The notes beneath the pieces are model-generated. The model was not told the origin of the DNA and did no database searches. It saw only the letters and a list, made by a program, of their open reading frames with translations. From contig NIVC01000538.1 of assembly GCA_002269645.1 (NCBI GenBank), positions 186,001 through 250,000 on the forward strand: DNA of 64,000 bases. The letters are read 5' to 3'. A program made the translations under genes and the position numbers. The DNA comes from Macrostomum lignano (taxonomy: Eukaryota). The first letter of the stretch is position 1. Every line of letters starts with the position of its first letter. Shown here piece after piece: positions 26,781-40,100 of the stretch.

Positions 26781-28906
26781 ATGCGCTCCCAATGCTTGGT
26801 CGAACCGCTTCCAGATCTGAAGGGCTCCTTCGATTCGGCTTTGTCCCGCGATATTGCCGACTGCGTTGAAGGCGACGACTTGCTGAAGCTTCTGCAGCTG
26901 CTGGCCGAAAACGGGCTGGCCTCGGCCGACCTGGGGCGTCGGTTCACATTCGACTTGGACGACGAAGATCGTAATCAGAAGGAGCAGAAACGGCTGCAAA
27001 AAAAGAAAGGCTGTTGCAGCAATTCAGACAAGCCGGCTAATCCGCACAAGGGCGAAGACTTCAGGACCATCGTCCACATGAGCCTGTACTATCAATCGGC
27101 CGAAATCTTCCAGCACGTAGCTGCATGCGAGCCTTCACTGCTGCTGGCTGAAGACACCGACGGTAGCAACCTGCTGCACTCGCTGGCAAAGGCGCGGGTG
27201 CTCATTGGCACCTATAGCGGTCGCTCTGCTGGCGGCGGCGCGTCTGTCGATCCGCTAGGTCGGTTCGATGAGTTCGAGTTGCAAGTGATCAAGCTGCTGG
27301 CTGAGACCCCTGATCCGATGGCTACTAGTGCGACAAGCTTTGAGTGAGTATTAGCAAATACCATGCATTCTCTTCTTAATTCCCCTCATGGAGACATCAT
27401 TTCCTCGACTTCAGTGCCGTAGATTCAAGCAGCGGGACCAATTGCCTTCTGACGCTGTGCCGAGCGGAAAATGCTCAGCGCCTTCGTCCGCTCGAGTTTG
27501 CCATGAACATCGGCGCCTACGCGACTTTCAACCGACTGGCTGAGATCGACGGCTACCTGGTGACGCAGCGCAGCCACCGCGGTGCTAACCTGCACGTGAC
27601 GTACGACCTGACCGAGTACGACCTGGTCTGCGGGGGTCGCCGAGACCGGAGCCCCCTGCTCATGCTGACTCTATTGCCCACTAGTCGAGTCGACGCGCTC
27701 GTCAAATCCGGTCTCACTGAAAAGCCGTTGCTGCGGCAGTGGGGGCGGCGGGCAAGACGCGACCTCCTACCACTAAACACCGCCCGCACTGTCCTGTTTG
27801 CCATCCTGACGCTGCTAGTGAGCCCGCTGACGCCATTCTTCCCATTCATCGCCACGATGGTGCAATACGGCTCCGAGGTGCACGACGGGTTCTACGCCTA
27901 CGCTGGGTATGTAAACAGCACCCTGCTAAACAAAACGGGAAATGACAGTGGCGTTGGCAGCGAAATCTTAAAAGACTTCTGCCGAGGTCAATACGTGTTG
28001 GACTTCTTGCGCGATCCCAATTACAAGGGTTTGGAGGTCGTGAAGACGTCACCAATCTTTTGGTTCCAAACTTTGACAAGAGCCGACCTCGTGAATCAGG
28101 GGCCCAATAACAGGATTATTGTAGGCGTGCTGCTGGTCTTGCAGCTAGCCGCCATCTTCTTTAGCAGCCTGGAGGCAATGCGGTTCAATGGACAGACCTG
28201 GTTGCAGAAGCATACAGGCGACAGCTACGTTCAATGTCGCTTCTATCAGTTTGCCTACAACCTGGCCTTTCTATGCGGCATATTGCACCTGGCCTTCACA
28301 CTGCCTATCGATAGTCAATTGGACTGCACTGCTTGGCTCACGATGAATTCACCGAACCTGACGCTCTGGTGGTTCACCACGATCTCCGAGACCGCTGCCG
28401 TCCTGTACATCTACTTCTCTATGGTGTCACTGATGGAGGCCTTTGAGATGATCGGCGAACGAGTCGCCTTCCTCAACATCTGCTTCCGGAAAATGTGCTC
28501 CAGATTCCTGAGAGTTCTACCGCTATTCTTCATCTGGGCCTACATTGTGTTCGGCACGGTCATGTACATGGTTGACTTCGAGAATTCAGAGTTCAAGTCG
28601 GCGGCTTATGTGTACTATTCACCGCTGCGAATTCTGCTCAACATGGCCAACCTGCCGGCCAGGCCCTCCACCGCCATCCTGCACACCCTGTTCGTGCTGG
28701 TTGTGTCAATCAACATCACCAACTTCCTCATTGCTATTGTGTCCAACGAGTTTGACGTGGCTGACCGGCACTTCCGCCTGCTGTACAGCCTCACGAAGCT
28801 CAACTACCTTCTGCTTACCTGGCGTCGCTATGGCAGCTTGCTCCGACTGACCCACCGCGGGCCAAGGAAGCTGGTGATTGACACGGTGAGGCTGCAGCTG
28901 GATTGA
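26781..28906 (+). CDS. Divergent TRPV-like (ankyrin + 6-TM) cation channel, 2 exons, ~678 aa
   Basis: Exons 26781-27343 and 27433(or 27430)-28906, joined by a phase-2 GT-AG intron with a NAGNAG acceptor. Ankyrin-like segments (GEDFRTIVHMSL, DTDGSNLLHSLA, NAQRLRPLEFAMNIG), six hydrophobic segments, an S4-S5 linker FLNICFRKM..RFLRV, a pore segment and S6 INITNFLIAIVSNEF, comparable to TRPV MLNLLIAMMG.T. Confidence 0.8.
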
Positions 28907-29707
28907 ATTTGGACGAGTCGGTTGACCACATTGCAAAGTGTACAGTCGCTATCTTGCGTGTAGAAAGATTTTTTTCTGACAATATCGCTCACATAATTTT
29001 TGCTAATCCATGTACTATATGTTCTTCTATCATATCTATTTATAGCTATCCTACTTTTTATTAATGATTACAAGCTATCCTGAATGATTTCGTTTATTCG
29101 AATCCAATGATATTATTCATAATGTGCTTAGGAACCGACTCTCGAAATGTGAAAAACTCAAGTAAATAAATACCGTATGCTGCAATATTATTGCAGTCTT
29201 AACCTGTAGCAGCAATATCGGCTACTACGAGTGTTGTATGTGCCTACAAGTAGAAAATAAGAAAATGGTTTTCTTGGCGTGAATAATTAACAAAAACATT
29301 TCTTGCGCTTTAATCACGTGTTTCTCCCTGCAACGCAAGGTCTATCTGCATTGATATTTGACAGAAAATGTAGACTTCACAAAAGCTTTTAGCACCCATA
29401 CATTTAAGACAATATAGCAAAATACTTTAGTGACCTGCGCTCGGATATTTATATACTTTAATGTTATAATCTAGAAAATACTTCAATGTGCCGAACGCTT
29501 CTTGAAGAACGTTACAGTCAGAAATAATGTGAAATGAATACGTTCAGATGAGTAGTATGGACGGCTGTACTTCAACACTTACGAGTATTTCAGCAGGTAC
29601 GAGTAGGAAGACGATCTGAACCCACAGGGAAAATAATCTCAGTCATTAAGGTTTGCCACAAGGCAGGCGGCTCTCACACTCCATGCTGCCGAAGGCTCCA
29701 GCGAGTG

Positions 29708-30860
29708 CTAAGAGAAGCTGCCGAAGGTCATTTCGTCGCTGGAGGCCGAAATCTGCCGCTCGCTGTCGTCGTCGAAGACCTTACTGACTCCGCGGCCGTC
29801 CGGGCCGAGGCCCGAGCTGGCGTAGAACTGGGGAAACTTGTCGTCGAACATCCGGCAGCATTTCTCCAGGCTGTGCAGGTCCGGCGCCCTGACGGTGATC
29901 CGGCGGAGGGCGATGGAGGCGGCGGCCGTGCGGATTGGCTGCGGGTCCAGCAGGATCTCCGAGTCGCAGGCGCGGGCGATGGCCTCGACGCGCCGGTCGG
30001 AGGCGTGGCAGAAGGCGCGCATGTTGGCGCGGGTCTCCGGCACCCGGAAGCTGTACTGGTAGATCGGCTGCAGCGGCGTGCTGGCCGAGGCCGCCAGGGT
30101 GGCGGCGCCCTCGTCGTAAAGCGCCATCGACGCCAAGGTCGATCTGTCGGTGTCACCGTCCGCTACGTCGCCGAATTCGTCGGCGCTGAGGCAGCGTCGC
30201 CGGCTGTTGCACTGGTTGCGCTCTGTTGGAGACGGGGCGATGCGGCAGGAGGAGGCTGCAATGCAGAGAAGAGTTGCGAATCCGGCATTGGCCTGAGCAC
30301 GCGGAACTTGGCTTTGCACTGCTGACATTCATACTCAGCATAGTGAGGACAAGATTAGGGTTAATTAAGGCGTACAAAAACCTCAATTGGTTCACCCAAA
30401 ACTATTTGAACCAGTTGCAAGTACCGTCCATCCTTGTGCGCACATCCGGGTCCTGCGGTCCGCTGGTCTGCCCAGCCATTTCGTGCAGCGGACTCGAAGG
30501 CTCCACCGCGACAGTGGCGTCGCCGCCACCTACTGCCTCCTTCCAGCTGCGCTGGCTCGGCTGCCAGACCGTCTCGCCGTGTCTCGCGTCGTCTCGACTG
30601 CTGAGGCGCAGGGCTCGGAGTCGCTGAGGGTTCACCAGCGGCTTCAGGGCTGGCAACTCCGACCATCGGGCCTCGGACTCCGGCACGGAGCAGCTGGTGC
30701 TTTGGCCACAGCTGTGCGAGCAGCTGCTTCCGGAGCTGACGCTGCTGGTGCGACTTTTGGGTCGGGGCAGCGAGGCCGGCTCCGCTTCCTGGGGCTTTGT
30801 GCCGACACTGCCTGTGGCGTTGGCTGCGACTGAGCTCTTTGTTCTGCTGGATGGATTCAT
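29708..30860 (-). CDS. Uncharacterised 349-aa protein, Ser-rich N-terminus plus degenerate KH-like domain, 2 exons
   Basis: Exons 30860-30425 and 30321-29708 joined by a phase-1 GT-AG intron; total 1050 nt, with GC-rich codon usage like the neighbouring genes. The C-terminal YQYSFRVP..MRAFCHASDRRVEAIARAC.SEILL...RRITVRAPDLHSLEKCCRMFDDKF follows KH type-I secondary-structure periodicity but has no GxxG. The fold call is inference. Confidence 0.75.
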
Positions 30861-31262
30861 CTTTGTGCTACAAAAACTTTCTTTTCGAGTCTATTAAAAA
30901 CTATATGGTTAAAAATTAGGTATTAAATGCTTATTGCAAATCCTTTAATAGACACTTACAATTTCTACAGCTTATAGAACTTTAAGTCTCGGATCTTCCA
31001 GTTTACAACCCCCGTGCCCAACTGAACCATAGAATACAAAGCCAACTTCTCTATTTCGAGAAACATGAAGATCCTCAGAGAATAAAGAAGTGTGGCACAA
31101 TGCAGTAATCTCTGGATTCTCTTGTTCATGCTAATCAGCATTAGGAATATAAAGCCATTTTCCGCCCGTCGAACTACCAAACAACCCCCCCCCCCCGAAA
31201 AGTTTTGCTGCGCGGAAGCGAAACAGCCGCGCAGGCGCATGAGAAATTCAAGAACACGGGCT

Positions 31263-32340
31263 AGCTGGTCGCCATCATAAACCCGAAAAATCACAACTCC
31301 GAAAGCGCTTTCCATCATAAACCCGAAATATCACAAACCCGAAATATCAACAACAACAACAACAGAGTACGCTGTCAGTTCGCAAAAGCAGCGTCAGATG
31401 GCGCGCTTCGAAGCTTGGGCGCGAACAAAGGCCGCACCGCCGGCAGAGTCCGGGGCGCCGGCGTCAGCCAGCAGACAGTCGACGTAGCGCCGAGTCCTCG
31501 CCTGTCCCCGCCGGTAGGGTGCCTGCAACGTAAGTAGCAGCACCTCCTGCACCGGCTCCGGACAGTAGGCCTCGGCGCGGATGACGTGGCCTGCCAGCTG
31601 GAGTCGCCGACGGCGCAGCAGATCGCTACGACGGGCCAGGCCGGCGCGATGATAGAGCGCCGTGTTGGTGACTCGCTCGTTGCCGATCTTGAAGACGGCG
31701 CGCAGCAGGCCAGCGTGCGCCGCGTCGACTTGAGCCTCGAGCGAGTCTGTCAGCGTCCAGGTCTCGGCGTTGTATAACAGGACGGTCTCGATCACCGCCT
31801 GGAACAGCGCCGCCCTCTGGCGGTCCGGTAGGGCCTCGGACTGCAGGACTGACCTTATAGAACGAAAGGCAGCCCAGGCAAGTCCTCGGCGAAGCCGCAG
31901 ATCCTCGCGGACGTCGGGAACCAGACCGCCAAGGTAGACGAACTGCTGACATCTTGGAAGCTCACTCGCCTGTCCGTCAGCCCGAAATATCACAAACCCG
32001 AAATATCATAACTCCAAAAAACAAAATAGCAACACCCATCATAAACCCGAAACATCATAAACCAGAAAAATCACAACTCCGAAAACCAAAATAGTGTTGA
32101 CATTGCTAGAACTTTCGGAGTTATGATATTTCGGGTTTGTGATATTTCGGGTTTACATGTATGATGGGCAATGCTATTTTTGTTTTCGGAGTTGTGATTT
32201 TTCGGGTTTATGATAGTTCGGGTTTATGATGTGTGTTGCTATTAATTTCGGAGTTATGATATTTCGGGGTTGTGATATTTCGGGTTTATGATCGAAAGCG
32301 CTTTTCGGAGTTGTGATTTTTCGGGTTTGTGATGCCCCCC
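31263..32340. mobile_element. Non-autonomous foldback/MITE-like element A
   Basis: Terminal inverted repeats over 60 bp built of ATCA(T/C)AAACCCGAAA / ATCACAACTCCGAAA subunits. Flanking direct repeat CGGGCT at 31257-31262 and 32341-32346. Confidence 0.72.
31350..31980 (-). mobile_element. 5'-truncated RTE-type LINE inserted in element A
   Basis: RT C-terminal motifs FVYLGG, AWAAF, LFQAVIETVLLYNAETW and RRRRLQLAGHVIR. (GTT)5 tail. TSD CCCGAAATATCA at 31338-31349 and 31981-31992. Confidence 0.88.
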
Positions 32341-32353
32341 CGGGCTCTTTGTT

Positions 32354-32560
32354 ATATATATATATATTAGGACGCAGAGAGGAGGCCCCTTGCGCGCATG
32401 CGCTCGCAGAACAGGCGGGAGGGGCAGGCAGCAGCAGCCTGAGGGGTCAGCTCAAGCGCCTGCAAATCAGCGATGAGGCAGTCCGTTAGAGTGGCAGTGC
32501 GGGCCTGGCCGCGGCGCAATTGCTCTCTTTGTTGCGCATCTTCTAAAACGAGAATCAAGT
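32354..32560 (-). mobile_element. Degenerate 3' end of a second RTE-like LINE
   Basis: RRGQARTATLTDCLIAD resembles RRGQARTRRYVDCLLAD of the neighbouring RTE, and is followed by a (TA)n tail. Confidence 0.5.
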
Positions 32561-33489
32561 CGTTTTATCTCTGGACCGTCGAGATATTCGACGATTCTGC
32601 CAGAAAGTCGGATTTTTCCAACGCTACTGTATTCATGCAATATACCCATGTGCGCCAATCGGCACTCCGCCTCGGTGCAGCCTTGCCAAGCCTCCAAATT
32701 TCATCAGCACGTCGATCACATGTGCTTGTATATCAGCTCTGACTTCTTTGGTCATTGGCCTTCACCCAAGGCGGAGCTTCTGGACCTTCAGCAAGCGACA
32801 CCAGATTATTATATACTGTATGGACACCCTAGCTGTTTCGAATTTCTCTAGTTTCGCTGATCAAACCTCGACAGTGAGCAAACCTCAGCTGCTGGACAGC
32901 CTCAGCTTCTCTCTCTCTCTGTATGTAGCATTTCCGTCATCACCCCGACGCCGTCGGCACCTTCAACAGATGGCATCGAATCCCCCCTTGGTAGTTCCTT
33001 ATAGATGGCTATTTGTCGGTCAGTATAGAATGGTAAGGTCACTGATCGCGCCTCCTTTTGATTTCAGTAAGCCTTTTAGCTTAAATTGCTCTACTGTTAA
33101 AAACGAAAGTTTTGACCTCAAGTTTGTTGGACGGCAAGTTGTTAGGCCACCAGTTAAAAAATTCTTTTTTCCCGCCCCTATATATTTATATAAAAACTGC
33201 ATCAATCAGCGTTATTTTAAACCTATAGCAATAGTAGCAACAGAGTTCGAGAGCTACACAATAGCAAAAAATCAGAGAATCATATTTGGCGAGAAAATTT
33301 TGGGCGTACATGCCATGTTTCGTGGGAACACGGCTAAATCGGACCCGGCACTCGTACGTAATTTGGCAGCTCCACCAGTGTTAATATAATACACCATAAT
33401 ATTTAATACTAATAAGTGATAATATGCATAAGTATAGAAGCAAGGACTACTCAAGTAGACTTAACGTAGTCCTCCTTCCTTTTAGTATA

Positions 33490-34091
33490 CTGTCCGTCAA
33501 AAGTTCCGGAACCCTTGCTACGATGTCTTCTAGCGGACATAATTTCAGTCCGTTTCAATTGTAACTTGATTCAAATGAAAGCTGCGGATCTCAGCTCCAT
33601 GATGTGGTCAAGAAAAAGTTTATTCGAAGGAGCGCGTGTGAACAGGCCAGTGTTATGTACATAAAGGTTAGAGAAAAAAGTGAGGAAAAGACAAACAAGC
33701 AATCGTTTTTTACTCTTTTTTACTCTCCCATGAAAGCTGACTGCACAAGAATCCATACGAGCCTGTTGATTTCAACACAAGTTTTGGCCATAGACTAATG
33801 TTAGCCAGGCTGAACACTGCGCGCAAACCGATTCCTTCCCATGTGTGTTTGCTCCATAGACTCAGCAACCATAGACAATTGCTTGTTTGTCTTTTCCTCA
33901 CTTTTTTCTCTAACCTTTATGTACATAACACTGGCCTGTTCACACGCGCTCCTTCGAATAAACTTTTTCTTGACCACATCATGGAGCTGAGATCCGCAGC
34001 TTTCATTTGAATCAAGTTACAATTGAAACGGACTGAAATTATGTCCGCTAGAAGACATCGTAGCAAGGGTTCTGGAACTTTTGACGGACAG
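33490..34091. mobile_element. Tc1/mariner-type MITE with ~214-bp TIRs
   Basis: CTGTCCGTCAAAAG...CTTTTGACGGACAG. Arms 33490-33703 and the mirror arm differ by one visible mismatch; TA lies on both flanks. Confidence 0.9.
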
Positions 34092-37000
34092 TATAGGTGG
34101 ATCTCCCCGTGTTTGGTAGTCAATAAAGTTTAGTGAAACAAATGTCTTAAATTCAGCAGAATACTTGAAGAGGTCAGGCAAAAAAACAATTATTGAATTT
34201 TTTATAATTTCAATAATAAAGCAATTTTTTAATTAGAGAGAAATGGCGCTAAAACAAGCACATTTTTAAACACGTCAATATCTAATAAAATTGCACGGCC
34301 GGCGATATTCGATATATTCGTTAACTGAAGAATTTTACACATTCGCTAGGCCTAACGAAGTAAGATGCAATTATAAAGATTCCATCTATAGCATAGATAT
34401 AAATACATTGCCTTTTTTGTGAGAAAACAAGGGTTTGACTTGACAAGCGTACAAGTAGAACTTCTTCACTAGCTTAACAAACAAAGTATGGAAGAAAATG
34501 ATGGGAACAATGGTAAATCAGATGATAGTGATATTGTGATTAATAGGTATCCTGCTGGACCAAAACAGTCTCAAGTACGTCCACCACCTGTGCGGGGTCA
34601 AGTTAGGTAAGAATACTTTTTTACTTCTTACTTTTAATGTTAGACTATTCAAATTTTATTTCCTATTTAATTTAGACTTTAGTGAGGGTCCTGTGACTTG
34701 TCAATATGTATATGATAGGTAAATTTTAGTAAAAAGTAGTTTTTTTGCAAATTGAAAACTTTACAATACATTTACATTACATAGAATGAAAAATATAAAC
34801 TAGAAATTAAAAAATTCTTTGTCATAGAGAAAAAACTTCTTTTAAAATATTTATCTCGTGTTTATTGCAATAAAGCAAACTTTATCATTTAAAAAAATAA
34901 AAATGCCTTTTTTTAAAATTGTAACATACAAATAAGTACTTTTCTATTTTTAAAGCGAAAAAATAACTTCTAGTTCTAGCATTAAAACTCTATTTTAAAA
35001 TACAAGGCCAATAATAATAAACTAACAATAAAAAAGCAGTAAGAAATTCAATATGTTTTGTAGTTAAGCTACAAAGTTAAATTATCCAGCAAAACTTAAA
35101 AACAAAACATATTACAAAATTATATAAAAAATACAAATATAATAATTAACCAAGTTGTGTATTAGCTAAGTACTATTTGGCTAGGCCTAGCAATAGCCAT
35201 AGGTGCGTAGCCAGGATTCATGTCGGGGGAGGAGACAAATGACCTCAAATGATCGCCAATGCTAGGGATAAAAGCAAAGTACAAAGGCAATAAAAAATCC
35301 CCTTCCAAGAGGGGACATGTCCCCCATAGTCGGGAAGGTGGCATAGTGTGTGCCGGAACTATTTTGATGGCTTTTGAGCACTGTGTGCTGTGCGCCATGA
35401 AGAAAAGATTTTGTGTGCCACAGCGCGCCATGATAAGGTAAGTCTAAGGTAAGGTAAAGTAAGGTAAGGTATTTATTCTATCGTAAGGAATTTACGGTAG
35501 ACAAATTTGAATTTCATTTACATATTGATATTTTATATTGTGATTTACATAATTTAAATAATTTACATAATTTACGTAATTTTATTTTACGAATTATGGA
35601 ATTAGGCCTGACACTATATATTTTGCAAAGTATAACGAAGTGTAACTATATATTTTTTCAGCGCCATGCGCCATGTGCGCCGCCAGAGCATTTCCAATTT
35701 TTCCTTGTACGCCGTGTGCGCCGTGTGTGCCAAAAAAGGGCCAATTTGCGCTGGAAAATTCACCAAAAACTGCCACCTTCCCAGCTATGGCATGTCCCTA
35801 GTGTCTCCCCTTTGGCTATACCCTTGGCCAACAACTGTATTCTCATAGTCTAGATCATTCTAGGTGTATGCTTAAAAATTGAATAGGTACAAATGTATAT
35901 CCAATAAGTGTATACTTATACTTTCAAATCTAGACTAATATCACTCTCCCGAAGGTGCTATTTTATCTACAATTTTGTGGTGTACATAAGGGTTTTTAAT
36001 TTTAGCCCTTGGACTACTTTATCCAATGATACTTTGCATGCATTAGCATGTGCAAAAAAATTTTGGCATACAGCTATGCAAAATGGATTTTGAAATAAAA
36101 CATAGGTTTGAATTTGGGTAGACTATTGAAATTTTTAATTGGTAATGTTTTAATTTAAATAATTTTTTATAGCTTTAGTTATAACATTTTTAAAAAAATG
36201 AAATATAATATATATTTTTTGTAACTTTGCAGCAAAATAATAGAAAAAAAATAATCTAATCTGTTAAAAAGAATTTATTCAATTTGTTTAAAAAGGCTTC
36301 ATTGCTTTTACTAAAGCAAATTGCTCAAAAAATACTAGCATATTTTTGCTTTCAAGTTCTTTTGCTAGTCTTGCATTTACTGTGAAATGCAGATGAGGCC
36401 TTTAGCATGCAGTGTGAATTGTATTGTACTTATGGCACTCGCAATTGAATCAATTGAATAAATTAAAAATTAAAATGAACATTTGTAGATTTATTTAGGA
36501 GATAAAATAATTTTTCAGACAAAAAAACAGCAAGAACAACAGCAGCAAAAAATGAGACAAGTAACAAAAACAAAAAAGAAAAGTTAGACTCATCAGTCAT
36601 CAGTAATCACTATTGTCTATCACATATCAGCATCAGTCTATGGTCTATCTATGAGTCCTATGACTATGAGTATGACTGACTATCAATTTATCTTATTTCT
36701 ATCCTTATCAGTATCAGTATGACAGTATCAGTACAGTATACATGACTTGACTATGACTATGCTATGAGTCTATGACTAGACTATGAGTAATGTAATGACT
36801 ATCAACCTATCATTCTATGATTCTATCAATCCTATCAATCATATCATCTCATCAGTCATCACTCATCAGACATTCAGATTCATACGATCAGTTAAGGAAC
36901 TGATATAATATAAAATCACTATCAGTCTATCAGTATCAATAATCAATATGAATCAATATCATTTACTATTACCAGTCAGTGGCAATCATTTATAGTTACC

Positions 37001-37129
37001 AATTACTATACCACTTATCATTACGACATTACATAATCAAATAATTACAATTAGTCAAATAGTCAATTAGATTTAGTTAGAATTATGAATAATCGACTAT
37101 ATTGTTTACAAAAGCCATGAATTATTGAT

Positions 37130-40100
37130 TCATGGTTATGAAATGATGATTAGATTAGATTATAAATGATGGCAATTAGCATGCAACAAAATCAGTCAAG
37201 CCAGCGTGCTATTGGCCAGACATGCCTGTCAATAGTAGCACTTGATGGCATGGCAGTGTTAAACTGCACAAATAAGTTAGCAAGGGCCGGCTCAGAATAA
37301 AATGCGGAATCTGAAAATCCGTAATCAAGTTGCAGAGCTGCAGAGAGCCACTCTTTGACAATGGCCTTGGTCTTAGGTTTGGGCGACTTATCAACCTGTG
37401 CCCTGAAGGGTTGCAGCATGTCACTGTCATTGAAAAAGGTGCTTAGGCCAATTAATTGATGCTCACTGCCACAGGTCTGGTTGTTCAATTCTGAACCAGC
37501 AGCATCCCATTCTGCAGATCCAGCCTGTTGATGATGCAAATATGCAGAAATGTACTTTTCAACTTCCGCTTCCATTGTTTGCTGGATGGCACTAACCCTC
37601 GCAGGATCATGCTTTTGGAGCCAGGATAGGCAAAAGCAAGGATGAAATGCTGATGCTAATATACAGTCGTAATCCAAGAATGTGGTTTCAAATTGATGTT
37701 GAATGCTTTGGAGCACAGAAAGCACCAATGGTTGACAAAATCTTAGCTCAGAACTCAATATGTCATTAAGTCGCTGCATAGTCACAGCAAGAGTGGGAAG
37801 CAGAATCCCTAGGTAGCAGTGCTGCTCCCCCTGAAGTACATCAAGGGCCATAGACACTGGCAACATGGCTCTTTTATACTCATATAGAAAGGCCATATTG
37901 TTAGCTTAAAATGGCAGGAGCTGATTTTTTATGTCGACCATGACCTTGTTAAGCACTTGTTGCTTTTTTTCATTGCCAAGCATGTTGCTCAGTAGTTGGA
38001 TGGTGTTGTATGTAGAATTCCAGTGATAGTGTTTGGCACAACTAGTTTCCAACCAATGGCTTTGTAAATATTATCAAATACATTGCTATTGCAACCCTGA
38101 GCTTTCCACAATGCCTGAGCTTTGTCCATTGTCTTGCGCAACTGGGTTTTCAATACAGAGTCTGAATTGATTGTTGCAATACTGTCTGTAGCAGCTACTA
38201 AGTTCAGTGTGTAAGTAGCGCATTGCATGTGAGCTGGTAAGTGGTTGTAGGTCATCAGGGGAAGCAGTCCCCAGTTCCTCATCAACAGACTATTACCAAT
38301 GGCAGGTACTCCTTAGTTTCACCGTTGTCATCACTAGTTTTTGACTCTCCAATAGAATCTAGTTTGTCACCATCTGCAGTCCCTCTGCCAGTCTTAGGCT
38401 CAGAATCTTCTGACTCGATGTTGATAGGAACAAAGCCACATGCAGCGCTGTAGTCACAGAAGGCCTAGTAAAATAAAATGCGGGCTTTTTAAATACTTAA
38501 ACATTGACTTAATTGTTGTTTCAAATTTCTTTTATGATGATGAATGATGAATTGATGATGTACCAATTTAATTTTGCTTTGTAATTATAAGTTTAACTTA
38601 GTAGCATATAGCTTAGAGTATCAGCAGCAGCCTACAAGCACTAAGAAAGAACTTAAGAAGTGGGCAAGTGGCAAACCTTCACAAATTAGAGCCATTGTCC
38701 ATAGTTGTTCGAACTATTTTTGTCTCAATCCCAAACTTCGTATGCACAGCCAGCAGTGCTTGTGCAAGGGCAATACCAGTATGACTGCCAAATAGGCATA
38801 CAAAAGCAAGTACTGCAAATTGGCGGGTTCTATGCTTATTTAACCAGTGGACTGTCACACTGAGATAGGAGCGCTGAGTGCTAGATGTCCAGTAGTCTAC
38901 AGTCATTGCTACATGCTTTGCTTGGCCTAAGAGCCTGTTTGAAATTTAAATTTGAAATTTAATTAGAATTCAAACAGGTCTAAGACTTGAGGTTCATACA
39001 AGTTTAAGTAGTTTAAGGCTAGGCTAGAATACTTAACTGATAAGATGCTGTTCCATTAAAGCATGTTTCTAACTTAGACAACAACCTAATATGCCACGTG
39101 ATGGCAGGGTCCTTTGTGGGTTGAGTCCACTCACATAGTAAGCAAAATCCTCAGACTCCACAATCTGCAAAGGTAGTATGCAGCTCACTATGCAGCTCAG
39201 TAAGCGACTGTTGGCCTCTTTTTGTGAAACATCTAGATTAGAGCAACTGAAACACTAGGACAAGCTGAGCTGTTAAGCCTGTTGCACTTTTTGGCGAGGG
39301 CTTGGACTTGGACCAGTAGCTCTTGGAGAAGGACTGGCCCTTGGTGCCAATGCCAATGATGGCAAAGGTGAAACTGCTGATACTAATGCACTTGCACTAG
39401 CAGATGATGATGATGATTGCAACATAGAAATCTGGTTAGAACTTGGTATTTTCATAGCAAGATGTAGTCTTGGAAGCAGATTGAGACTTAGACTCAGTAG
39501 CTGGTAGACCACTAGTGCAGGTTGGATCAGGACCAGAAGAAGCTGATCACTTTTTTGTAGTGTAGGTTCAACCAGACTTAAGAGTCTTCAAACTGTATTA
39601 TTTATATTAAGAAAAGAAAAGGATAGCTCAATGATTGATAATGAATTAAATAAATTACTTACGTAAGTGATAAGTCAATGCTAAGAAATTAAGAATATTA
39701 CAAATATATTTCTGTTTAGTCTTTACTTTATATACTAGATTTCTAGTTTGTGTATAGTTCTGGTCTAAATATTAAGTTTATTTGTATATGTTTAAGTATG
39801 TATTATAATTTTTTTACTTCTCATCTCAATATTTATTTTATTTACTTTTTGTTATTATTTACAGGTAAATAGGTAATCTAGAAATTAGAATATATATTTA
39901 TTTTTTGAGTCATGACTCATAATTAAAAATTCATTGCTTATTAAATATAATATATGACATTAGTTTATTCTTAATCTTAATTAATAATTAGTATAATTTA
40001 TAAATAAACTAGTAGTAACTAATAAGCCTTAGTCTTTGACTCCTTAGAAAATTAGTTAGAGTAGAGACGTAGGTTGTAGAGTAAGAGTATGTATAGAGCA

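Noticed and set aside
26781-28906. Bacterial contamination or horizontal transfer, given the nearly intronless ORF and different codon usage
   Set aside because: It has a spliceosomal intron and TRP-type ankyrin/6-TM architecture, which is eukaryotic.
32748-33389. 213-aa ORF
   Set aside because: No recognisable domain, low-complexity start, located among TE debris; cannot be supported as a gene.
35196-35830. Possible non-autonomous hAT with GCGTAGCC/GGCTATAC ends
   Set aside because: The termini are too degenerate and no 8-bp TSD was found.
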